Assembly: GCF_006345805.1 (NCBI RefSeq)
Contig: NW_021835311.1
Span: 1 to 47,301 of the forward strand
DNA from: Octopus sinensis
Lineage: Eukaryota
Reading direction: 5' to 3'
DNA length: 47,301 nt
The notes beneath the pieces are model-generated. The model made no database searches and was not told the DNA's origin. It worked only from the letters and a program-made list of their open reading frames with translations. The translations under genes were made by a program, and so were the position numbers. This document shows, one piece after another, positions 1 to 10,590 of this stretch. Numbering within the stretch: the stretch's first letter is position 1; the number at the start of each line of letters is the position of its first letter.

Positions 1-43
1 TAACCACAGTAAATAAGGTACTCAATACATAGCAGAGTAAAAT

Positions 44-165
44 TAATTTATTATATAGAAGGAGCTTCTACAGGACTAGAACTGTTTCATTCAAGAGAAA
101 TCGATGATTTCTCTTGAATTGAAACAGTTCTAGTCCTGTAGAAGCTCCTTCTATATAATAAATTA
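44..165. repeat. Near-perfect hairpin (about 59-bp arms, 3-nt loop)
   Basis: Left arm 44-102 is the reverse complement of right arm 106-165 apart from one extra T at 120. One arm recurs alone at 8061-8116. Confidence 0.95.
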
Positions 166-230
166 TATACATATTTATATAGATATGTGTATATATATGT
201 ATGTATATACTTATATAAATATATATATAT

Positions 231-1384
231 GATTTGATTTCATCTAGTTTCAGCGCATGAGCTGTGGCCATGCTGGGGAACCGCTACTTGGTGTTGCTAC
301 ACAATTTTACTTCACTAATTCTTTTTAGAAATTGACATTTGGTGCATGAAGGAGTTTGATACCACTGCCCTCATCTGTACCTCCTGCTGTGAAGTTGGTT
401 CATCTGGGACATTCGACAGTAAGTGGTCCAGTTTCATTTTGAAAACCCCTACATCCACCCCCTGCATGTTTCTCAGGTCCTTCAGGAGCTGTGGTCCCCT
501 GACGGCAAATTTGGAGTCCTAGGCACTATGTAGTGGCGCCCTGTTCTAACATTTGTGCAATTCTCGATGCCTCCAGGACCTTCCAGATGTATATTATGTC
601 ATATCTTTCTCGCCTACGCTCTAAGGAATAGAGTCTTAATCTCTTGAGTCTTTCCCAATAGCTTATATGCTGCACAGAGGCTATCTTCTTCGTGTAGTTT
701 CGTTGGATCGCCTCAAGTTCTGTGATTAATTTGACACTGCTTGGTGAATATAGCTGAGAGCAATAGTCAAAGTGGCTTAGGACAAGTGTCCTCCAGAGGA
801 CCATCATGGTTTCCTGATCTCTTGTCCTAAAAGTTCTAAAAATCCACACGGTCAGCCACCTGCATTTCATTGACAATTTAGCAACATGCACATGGGAAGA
901 TGCATCATTACTCATGTAAATGCCCAGGTCACGTGCTGTCCGTGCCTCTGGGATTGTAATCCCTCTCGGTCCAGTGTATTTAATGGGTATTGCATTTAGT
1001 TTAGCATGCTGATAGCACAAGGCTTGAAACCGCATGCTATTCTTTTCAGCCCACTTGTGTATTTCATCCCGCTCACATTGCAGGTGCTTAGCGTCTTCAG
1101 TGTTCCGTATTACCTGTGAGACTTTTGTATCATCTGCATAACTTGTGATCGTGGCTCTCTGTGTGGCTGAGGGAATGTCTGAGAGGGCCTTTATGAACAG
1201 TAGTGGTCCCAAAACAGTGCCTTGCGGAACACCACTCACTATTTGCGTGTCATTGGAGGTGGCCCCATTGGCTGCTACCACCTGGTTTCTATCCTTCAGA
1301 AAGTCATGCAGCCATTCTCCCAGTTTTCCGACTATGCCGAGATCACGCAGTTTATGACATATTCCATATCATTCCATGATCGAC
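231..1384 (-). mobile_element. 5'-truncated CR1/L2-type LINE (RT C-terminal part plus 3' tail)
   Basis: ORF 526-1281 contains SGVPQGTVLGPLLF and YADDTK RT motifs, then RTLVLSHFDYCSQLYSP and SLERRRERYD. Upstream in frame is HKLRDLGIVGKLGEWLHDFLKDRNQVV. The 3' end terminates in a short GAAAT/CAAAT repeat next to (TA)n. Confidence 0.93.
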
Positions 1385-1711
1385 TAACGAGAATTTCGCC
1401 GAGCAAATTATTTTATTTGATAAATAAAATTCGAAGTCTAGGTATGGCGGTAAAAAAAATAACAAGGTAAATCTTTTAATTTTCTTTCCCTTCGTAATTG
1501 CTTTTAAAAGGGGTTTTTGGTCGTTTTGTCTGCTTCTTCTAACGTGTAAAGCTGCCTGTTAAGGATCGCTTCTCTTATGTTTAAATGTACACTATTTTAT
1601 ATTGAGAATATGGTGTCTATTGACTTTTTATACATGCTAGGCCACTGGTGGTGAAATTTCTAAAAGAACTCGGTACCCTATATATTTTACGTATATATAT
1701 ATACATACATA

Positions 1712-1751
<40 letters not shown>

Positions 1752-2092
1752 TATTTTCACTCTCGATAAATTCATCCCCTTTTTGTGTTCCCAGCACTCG
1801 GCATCTTTATTTAGGAGCCTTAATTGTATAACTACATGAATAATATTTTTCTATATGAATAATATTTTTGTCTTATGACTAATTCGTCTTTTGTGCTGGG
1901 CACCTGGTAGTAAATAATATTACTACCCTTCTTGTTTATATTCGCATACTACATGATGAATTTATTCGTAAAATTCTTCCCGGCATGCCCGCGTAAATTT
2001 TGCGTCTGCGCAGAGATTTGAAAAGTTAGGATCTGCTAGTACGGGTTTAACGTATAGCCCCACATCGCTGCAGACCTCGATTAAATTCAGGA

Positions 2093-2165
2093 ACTCGCTG
2101 ATGAAGCTGGCCTAGCAAACATATTCTGTGTTTTGCTAGAAAGAAGCAGAAACCGCGGTACGAGT
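2093..2165 (+). ncRNA. Type I hammerhead ribozyme motif, array unit 1
   Basis: actcg-CTGATGA(2098-2104)-long helix II (ctagcaaa/tttgctag)-GAAAC-CGCG-GTA(2158-2160)-cgagt. Helix I pairs fully and helix III is the palindrome ACCGCGGT. Confidence 0.75.
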
Positions 2166-2530
2166 GTTAAAGTTATCGGTAAACGTTTTGATTTTCACTC
2201 TCGATAAATTCATCCCCTTTTTGTGTTCCCAGCACTCGGCATCTTTATTTAGGAGCCCTTAATTGTATAACTACTTGAATAATATTTTTCTATATGAATA
2301 ATATTTTTGTCTTATGACTAATTCGTCTTTTGTGCTGGGCACCTGGTAGTAAATATATTACTACCCTTCTTGTTTATATTCGCATACTACATGATGAATT
2401 TATTCGTAAAATTCTTCCCGGCATGCCGCGTAAATTTTGCGTCTGCGCAGAGATTTGAAAAGTTAGGATCTGCTAGTAGTCGGGTTTAACGTATAGCCCC
2501 ACATCGCTGCAGACCTCGATTAAATTCAGG

Positions 2531-2607
2531 CAACTCGTGATGAAGCTGGCCTTAGCAAACATATTCTGTGTTTTGCTAGAAAGAAGCAGAAACCGCGGTA
2601 CGAGTTG
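2531..2607 (+). ncRNA. Type I hammerhead motif, array unit 2 (core C3 missing in this sequence)
   Basis: caactcg-TGATGA...GAAACCGCGGTA(2589-2600)-cgagttg, with a 7-bp helix I. Confidence 0.6.
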
Positions 2608-2970
2608 TTAAAGTTATCGGTAAACGTTTTGATTTTCACTCTCGATAATTCATCCCCTTTTTGTGTCCCAGCACTCGGCATCTTTATTTAGGAGCCCTTA
2701 ATTGTATAACTACATGAATAATATTTTTCTATATGAATAATATTTTTGTCTTATGACTAATTCGTCTTTTGTGCTGGGCACCTGGTAGTAAATAATATTA
2801 CTACCTTCTTGTTTATATTCGCATACTACATGATGAATTTATTCGTAAAATTCTTCCCGGCATGCCCGCGTAAATTTTGCGTCTGCGCAGAGATTTGAAA
2901 AGTTAGGATCTGCTAGTAGTCGGGTTTAACGTATAGCCCCACATCGCTGCAGACCTCGATTAAATTCAGG

Positions 2971-3047
2971 CAACTCGCTGATGAAGCTGGCCTTAGCAAA
3001 CATATTCTGTGTTTTGCTAGAAAGAAGCAGAAACGCGGTACGAGTTG
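2971..3047 (+). ncRNA. Type I hammerhead motif, array unit 3
   Basis: caactcg-CTGATGA(2978-2984)...GAAACGCGGTA(3030-3040)-cgagttg. One C is lost from the helix III palindrome. Confidence 0.68.
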
Positions 3048-3260
3048 TTAAGTTATCGGTAAACGTTTTGATTTTCACTCTCGATAAATTCATCCCCTTT
3101 TTGTGTTCCCAGCACTCGGCATCTTTATTTAGGAGCCCTTAATTGTATAACTACATGAATAATATTTTTCTATATGAATAATATTTTTGTCTTATGACTA
3201 ATTCGTCTTTTGTGCTGGGCACCTGGTAGTAAATAATATTACTACCCTTCTTGTTTATAT

Positions 3261-3283
3261 ATATATATATATATACATACATA

Positions 3284-3333
<50 letters not shown>

Positions 3334-3347
3334 CATATATATATACA

Positions 3348-3378
<31 letters not shown>

Positions 3379-3452
3379 CATACATACATACATACATACA
3401 TACATACGTACGTACGTACGTACGTACGTACATACATACATACATACATACA
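3261..3452. repeat. Compound (TA)n/(TACA)n/(TACG)n microsatellite
   Basis: Direct reading. Confidence 0.98.
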
Positions 3453-3615
3453 TAACGGGAAGCTTTATGAAAATAGACAAAAGACGAAGGCAGGTGGAAA
3501 ACAAACAAACAATTGTATTAGTATGGCGCTCAGGAAATATAAATAAAACAAGTCTTTAACGTTTCGAGCCTACGCTCTTCAACAGAAAGATACACAGAGA
3601 GAAAAAAAACACAGA
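3453..3615 (-). mobile_element. pLTR-like repeat family A carrying a minimal hammerhead variant (3553-3590)
   Basis: Near-identical to 42711-42875. The minus strand reads tcttt-CTGTTGA-a-gagc-gtag-gctc-GAAAC-GT-T-aaaga. Confidence 0.7.
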
Positions 3616-3619
3616 AAAA

Positions 3620-3853
3620 CATTGCAAAGAAACCGTTTTCGTCAGATGACTGCATAGACTTCAAACACAAAGGACAAACCAACATATTCTTATCACCAAA
3701 TCTGCTGCTATAACTTCTGCCAAATATAAAGCAGCAAAATCAATGTAAATATTTGAGCTCCGTTGATGATATGAAAAAAGTTAAAGCTGTTGATTTGTCC
3801 TTTGTGTTTGAAGTCTATGCAGTCATCTGACGAAAACGGTTTTCTTTGCAATG
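3620..3853. repeat. Inverted repeat, about 65-bp arms (3620-3684 / 3788-3853)
   Basis: cattgcaaagaaaccgttttcgtcagatgactgcatagacttcaaacacaaaggacaaaccaaca matches its reverse complement with one indel and one mismatch. Confidence 0.93.
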
Positions 3854-3973
3854 ATGTAATTAAATGAGATGCTTGAGACGGCCGTAAGGAATTGATACCT
3901 GTCCATCTTTGTTACTCATTATACATATATGTATACATATACATATACATACATACATACAACAAGCATATGT

Positions 3974-4035
<62 letters not shown>

Positions 4036-4067
4036 TATATACATATAATATATATATTAATATATAC

Positions 4068-4225
4068 ACGATGCGCTTGCCCCCAGTTTGTGCCTACCAC
4101 ATTCACTCACGAACTCACAAAGCATTTGGTGATTTAGTACAAGACGTTTTCATAAGTTACCTCGCACTAGGACCGAATCCGAAACGACCAGGTCACAAAG
4201 CGGGCTTCTTGACTACACAACCATG
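4068..4225 (-). mobile_element. Degraded tRNA-derived SINE head (family S2)
   Basis: Similar to the heads at 20555, 25435 and 38915. Confidence 0.55.
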
Positions 4226-4293
4226 TATGAATGTGTGTGATAGATGAGTGCGTGTGTGTACGTATGCGACGTGTGCATGTGTGTGTATGTGTT

Positions 4294-4357
4294 TGGTCGA
4301 GTGGTCAAGATTCCTGGCTTTCACCCCAGCAGCCCGGTCCGATTCCTGGCATGGGAA
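4294..4357 (+). pseudogene. tRNA-Glu(TTC)-like pseudogene or SINE head
   Basis: TGGTCGAGTGGTCAAGATTCCTGGCTTTCACCCCAGCAGCCCGGTCCGATTCCTGGCATGGGAA closely resembles metazoan tRNA-Glu(TTC), anticodon at 4320-4322. The 5' acceptor strand is missing, and the anticodon stem and B-box are damaged. Confidence 0.75.
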
Positions 4358-4574
4358 TGATTACGTTTTTGCAACCCATAAAATAAGTACCAGGCTTTAT
4401 AGAATCTCTTCAAGACCGTGCACGAGTATGGCCGAAGTCCAATGAGTGAAATAAGTGAAAGATAGAAGACATATAGAGAGGGAGGTGGAGGGAGAGATGG
4501 AGGGAGGGAGGGATGGAGGGGTGAATGACAGACTGACAGAGAAGCAGAGTAACAGCCAGACAAACACACAAAAA

Positions 4575-4817
<243 letters not shown>

Positions 4818-5922
4818 ATGAACATATCCATACATATATGCATACATATCCATATACACATGCGCGTAACTCATTCTCCAACTTTTATTATTTATGTGTT
4901 TATTAGAAGCATTGCAGTCCGGTTCCGCCATGACATTATTCTCAACAGAAATCCTGGGTTTATTTCCTTCTGGAGGCATGAACTTTCATATTTATTGAAG
5001 AATTACGAAAGACTCCCTCATTGTTTAATAACAAATTTCATCTCATAAAAAATCTCTATAGACTTCTACCCCGTATCCCACCCATATATGGCTTTTCAAT
5101 TGTCACATATGGAAGATATTTTTTTATAACTTTATAATTAATTTATATTGTAACATTTAATATTTTATTACAATTACCTTTTCCATCTGCATCCTCCCTT
5201 CATACGTATTATATTATTGATCTAACCTTTATAATCTCTCTCGTCGTCGTCTTCGCCTTCTCCTTTCTTTATAGCATCCGGCTCTCCACACTCTCCTTGT
5301 CTTTCGCTCTTCCCTTTCTCTCCCTTTCTCCATCCGTATCTCCCATTCTGTCTTTTCTAAATGAGCCACTTTATCATTCCGTTATTTTTTGTATTTGATT
5401 TCTAAGATATTTGATGTAAGCAGACCCTCCCAAAGAACAACAACAAACGACAGACAAGTCCTCTTTAAAACAATATATTACACAATTAAAGCCGTCTTCC
5501 TTACACATTTTTTTATTTATCTCCACCCGTTTTCTCTCTTCATCTTTTAATCTCATACAACATTAATATGGACGGTCTGTTTTATTTTATTTTTAATCTA
5601 TACACATTTTTTTATCGTTTATTATCGATCATTATTTTCTCTCTTTTTTTTTTCGACCCCCCCCCCACTACTTTTTTCCTCCATTTTAATGTCCCTATTC
5701 ATTTCTGTCATATTTTCTTTCCTCTTTCTTCTTTCCTCTTTTCTTTCTCTTTTTTATTCTTTCCGTTTCCTAATGTTTCCTATTCTTTCCGTTTCACCAA
5801 TGTTAACTTCATCGATTTCAAACAACCAATCAAGTTATGTGTTAAGTTTTGGATATTTTGTGACTTTTTAATGGCACCAGCTACAATCCCCAAATATATA
5901 TACAGTATATATATACATATAT

Positions 5923-6247
5923 ACTTGTTTCAGTCATGCTGGAGCACTGCTTTGAAGAATTTTAGTCGAATGAATCAACGCCAGGACTATTTTTACGGCT
6001 GGTATTTATTTTATCGGTCTCTATTTGCCAAGCCGCTAAGTTGCGAGGATGTAAACACACCAACACCGGTTGTCAAGTAGTAGTGGGGGACAAACACTGA
6101 CACAACGACGTGCACGCATCCCTCACACACACATGCACACACGCACCAACAGGTACATGCGCACACACACATACATATAAATATACATATATAGTATATA
6201 TGTATGTATGTATGTATGTATGTAGTATGTATGTATGTATGTGTATA

Positions 6248-6300
<53 letters not shown>

Positions 6301-6365
6301 ACGGGTTTCTTTCAGTTTCTGTCTACCAAATCCACCCACAAGGCTTTAATCAGCCAGAGGCTATA
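5923..6365 (-). mobile_element. tRNA-derived SINE family S2 (head plus internal CA/TA microsatellite plus tail)
   Basis: Tail at 5923-6105 (gtttcagtcat...ggagcactgc...gtcgaa) and partial head at 6297-6365. Same family as 14340, 21950, 25060, 30495 and 34710. Confidence 0.85.
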
Positions 6366-6374
6366 GCATAGGCG

Positions 6375-7215
6375 GTGGAAAGACTGAACGCTCCAACTAA
6401 AGAGAGAAAACTGTCCTCTCCATTGCAGGACAATTCTTCAGAACAATGCTCCTGAAGAGATTGGTGCACATGATTGCAGAAAACCACCTTCAAGAGAGCC
6501 AATGTAGTCTTAAAGACACCAAGAATTCATCGACATTGCGTTTGCTTTCAGACAGCGACAGGAGAAATATAGGTGACATTAGAAAGAAACTATACCTGAC
6601 GCTTGAACTCCTTACCTTAGTGTTACATACTCTGCAACAAATGTCTGCATAATATCATGGAACGACGAGGATATTTCCCCACAAATTCTTCAACACCCAA
6701 AGGCATAAGTTGCGGTGTAGCCAAGCAACGCGCAAACGATCTCTCAAAGCCCTTCCAAACTGGAAATGGTGAAGAATATGGCTGCTTTCTTGCACCTACT
6801 TTCTACCTTATCTTCAGCATGATGCCCTCGTGGGCCACGACGACAAGGAGAACAGTCTTTGCATCTGATACTGCTTTGATGGCAGCATGCTTGAGCTCTT
6901 TTAAGGACACCGGAACAATTTAACAGGAAGTTACCTTTAGCCTACGATGCTTCTGTTGTTTCCCACAGATTCGATCCTGCAGCACACTGCTTCACACAGG
7001 TTGTCGTATACTTTGGAAACGAAATCAGCCTGAAAAAGACAGAAGTTCTTCACCAACCTACTCTCTAGTAGATTGCTAACAATTTTCATCATCATCATCA
7101 TCATCATCATCAGAAAGAACTCAATACGATCAAGTAGTTAAGCTACTTTGGGTGTGTCACTTTCTCAGATGCGAAGATTGTTAAGGAGGTTAACAATAGA
7201 TTGGTAAAAGCTGAA
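6375..7215 (+). mobile_element. Degenerate RTE-clade LINE RT fragment
   Basis: Broken frames give LSIAGQFFRTMLLKRLVHMIAENHLQESQCSL, VFASDTALMAA (FADD-like), EISLKKTEVLHQP and KEVNNRLVKA. Confidence 0.8.
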
Positions 7216-7927
7216 GATGAAGGAAAACTGTGGCGACCATGAAGAAATATAAAACACAAAATAATAACAAATAAATAAAGGTTAACTTTGATGATTTTTT
7301 CGTTTATAATTATTTTCCCCATCAGTCTTAATATGTACTCATCTAAACGCGTTTCTAATTAGTAAGACGAGAGTCTGAAATAGTTATTTAACCTAATAGG
7401 AAAAAATCTGGATATAGAGATATTAAAAATGAAGGTAATAAAACGGAGAATAATAGCCATAATAATTGGGGTCTCGGTTGTGAGAAACACATGAAAGAAA
7501 ATGGAAAAAAACAGTTCAAAAGAAGAGAATTCTCTCCTGGGTAAGCTAACTGAAAACAGAACTCCAGAAATTATTCCATTTGGGAGAATGCGCACATACT
7601 TTATCCTAAAAAGGACCCTCACGGAATGCTAATAACACGTGCAAACGCATACACATAAACCCACCCACTCACAGGCACAGGGATGCATGTATCTGTGTCT
7701 ATACGTATACATACAAAACACACTCACACAGGTGCATAGAGATACACATACACACATATGCACACGTCTTACTTTCATTTCTAGCTTTCTCTCTCTCCCT
7801 CTCCCCTCTCTCTACCTACATATATGTATATATATATATGTTTATATATATGTATATATATATATGTGTGTATATATGTATATATTATGTATATATATAT
7901 GTGTGTATATATGTATATATGTATTAT

Positions 7928-7959
<32 letters not shown>

Positions 7960-8060
7960 ATAATATGTACCTATAAATGCACATACATATATTACATACA
8001 TGTAGGTTCTGTGTGGGGGTGTATATGTATGTATGTATATTCTATATATATATATATATA

Positions 8061-8115
8061 GATTTCTCTTGAATGAAACAGTTCTAGTCCTGTAGAAGCT
8101 CCTTCTATATAATAA

Positions 8116-8116
<1 letters not shown>
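8061..8116 (+). repeat. Single-arm copy of the 44-165 hairpin sequence, between (TA)n tracts
   Basis: gatttctcttgaatgaaacagttctagtcctgtagaagctccttctatataataaat. Confidence 0.93.
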
Positions 8117-8146
<30 letters not shown>

Positions 8147-8174
8147 CATATATTATATACGTGTGTGCATATAT

Positions 8175-8196
8175 TTATATAGACAGACAGACAGAC

Positions 8197-8285
<89 letters not shown>

Positions 8286-8286
8286 C

Positions 8287-8323
<37 letters not shown>

Positions 8324-8393
8324 TAGACAGATAGACAGACAGACAGACAGACAAACAGATAGATAGACAGACAGATAGACAGACAGACAAATG

Positions 8394-8467
<74 letters not shown>

Positions 8468-8470
8468 ATA
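8175..8470. repeat. (GATA)n/(GACA)n microsatellite
   Basis: Direct reading. Confidence 0.98.
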
Positions 8471-8976
8471 TATATGATATGCACATACGTATATATTTGT
8501 CTACATACATACACACATACACACATACATGCGTACATACATAATGATAAAAATCTGTCTGGTGTGCTCCATCTGTACATTGCATTTGTGAATTATGATA
8601 AGAATTTAGCGATTTCCGCTTTCTAATAGTCAAATAAATATATAATAAAATAGAAGAAAAACAACCAAAGGTAACTGGGCAGAAAGTGGGCTCAACCTCT
8701 CTGCTCTCTCCAAAGATGGAAAATTAGGGTTCTACACTGGTCTAGGTTAAGGTGTGTATAAAACTAAAAGAAATTTTCTATTGGAAACAGGACACACGAG
8801 TCCAGGAGAAGTGTTGCTTTCACGTTGGTTCCTATTCTATGGTTTGGTAGTTATTGGAGCCAAGAATTTTCAGAAGTGGAGGATTAAGTCAGGGCTAAAA
8901 GATTTCATACAGAATGCTAAATAGTCCCATTATATACATATAATATAATTATGTATGTGTATATATATATATATAT

Positions 8977-9073
8977 ATTATATAATTAGGGCTAGTAAAA
9001 TAAATTACTTTGCCACATACTGAACTTATGTATGTGGCAAGTAATTTATTTTACTAAGCCCTAATTATATAAT
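8977..9073. repeat. Hairpin, about 44-bp arms, 9-nt loop
   Basis: attatataattagggctagtaaaataaattactttgccacatac / gtatgtggcaagtaatttattttactaagccctaattatataat, with two 1-nt indels. Confidence 0.92.
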
Positions 9074-9199
9074 GTAATATTTTGAATTCGCCTTAATGGT
9101 CCTTTTACATACTGAACACTTGGTGAAATTGATTAATTTTACCTCAATTGTGATATATATATATTATATATATAGATATTAATATATATATATACACAT

Positions 9200-9445
9200 G
9201 TGATCTCTTAAGCACCACAGCTCAAATATTTTCTCCTCTGTCTTCCCTCCTTGGACCTTTCCTTCTCCTTGTTCCGACGAAGAGCTCCGCTCGAAACGTT
9301 AAACCTCTTCCCTTCTTTCCTGAGCGTCAATAATACTTTAATTGTTCCACGTCCTGCGTTGCTGTGTGTTTTTTTTCTCTCTCTTTTTCTCTCTCCTTTT
9401 TTTTCTCTTTTTTTCTTTTGTTTCTGTGTTTCTTGTTTGGATTAA

Positions 9446-9447
<2 letters not shown>
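9200..9447 (+). mobile_element. pLTR-like repeat family C with degenerate minimal hammerhead (9270-9305)
   Basis: Homologous to the reverse complement of 25752-25950. Reads CCGACGA-a-gagc-tcc-gctc-GAAAC-GT-T-aaacc and ends in ttgtttggattaact(TA)n. Confidence 0.72.
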
Positions 9448-9490
<43 letters not shown>

Positions 9491-9820
9491 ATCTCATTGG
9501 TGTATGAGATGGACCTATCTCATCATGTCTTCTAGCGATATCTTTCACGTGATACATGTTTACGTACCTTTAAGACATAGAGATGAGACAAGCTCTGTTA
9601 TCAGTAATGTATGCGACTCAAACCAGAGGAGAAATGCGCTACTTTCCTTCGTTTCTCCAGTCACACACACACACACACATACATTCATACATACATATAT
9701 ATATATATATAATAAACCTTTACATAAATAAATAACATGAAATACACGAAGGGACGAACAAAAAGACAAACGGGTCATTCAAAGCCTTCATTCTTCAGTC
9801 AGAAACTGATCCCTCATCGC

Positions 9821-9851
<31 letters not shown>

Positions 9852-9908
9852 CGTGTGCATACCTACATACATGTATGTTCGTACACACACTATATATAAA
9901 TATATGTG

Positions 9909-10002
<94 letters not shown>

Positions 10003-10094
10003 ATGTATGTATATATATATATCTGTAGATATGTTTACATATAAAAAGATCCGAGTTATAGAGAATAGAAATGATATCAGTAAATAAAAGGGTG

Positions 10095-10590
10095 CAGCAG
10101 CTGTTTCTGGGGTCTTGGTGGTCCAAAATAATGATTGCCAATTGATTCCATCATCAGATAATACCAGCCTCCATCTTCAGGGAAGAATTTTACATTTGAG
10201 GTGTTGACAAAACGGAGTTTAAAGATGGAATAATTTTGTGGAGAACTAAGTGTATTAGAAGGGTGATTTGTGGGTATTTAGATAGAGAGTAGTGGGAGGA
10301 GAAAATAAAATTCAGGGTTAGGGTTAGTAATGAAGCTAGTGATAATAGTAGAGGTGGAAGGTGAGAGGAAGAGGGATGTGGATGGTGACCTTTGTGCTAA
10401 TTTGTATGAAGGCTATAGAAATGGGAAAATTGTTTCCGTTAATTTTATGTTTACGGTAAATAATTAATTCTTTTTGCATTTTTGTAGAAGTGTGCACATA
10501 CGCCATAAATAAATGCTCTTACTGGAGTTCAAGTTTATCCCAGAAGTTCCATTTCTATTAGATGTTGTAAATCTATTATATAAAATCCGT
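10095..10590 (-). mobile_element. Decayed PLE-like 3' end followed by a degenerate hammerhead (10095-10165)
   Basis: A minus-strand peptide remnant LNSSKSIY/GVCAHFYK weakly resembles the PLE C-terminal LNxRxExxxxCxH. Downstream is tat-CTGATGA-tgg...cca-GAAACAGCTG. Confidence 0.4.

Larger units (their letters stand above)
1753..3260 (+). repeat. Tandem array of about 440-bp units (about 3.4 copies), each with a type I hammerhead motif; retrozyme or Penelope-pLTR-like
   Basis: ATTTTCACTCTCGATAA recurs at 1753, 2191, 2632 and 3071. Units differ almost only by 1-nt indels. The array is flanked by (TA)n on both sides. Confidence 0.95.

Noticed and set aside
1385-1690. Possible PLE remnant (IFLPPY...KFSLVD) abutting the LINE
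   Set aside because: The similarity is too short and weak to support without a search.
1753-3260. CRISPR-like or rRNA repeat
   Set aside because: There are no unique spacers, no cas genes and no rRNA motifs; whole units repeat.
7359-7622. Hydrophobic ORF vaguely like a Cys-loop receptor strand (VRILPNG)
   Set aside because: No Cys-loop or other family motif; the hydrophobicity follows from T-richness.
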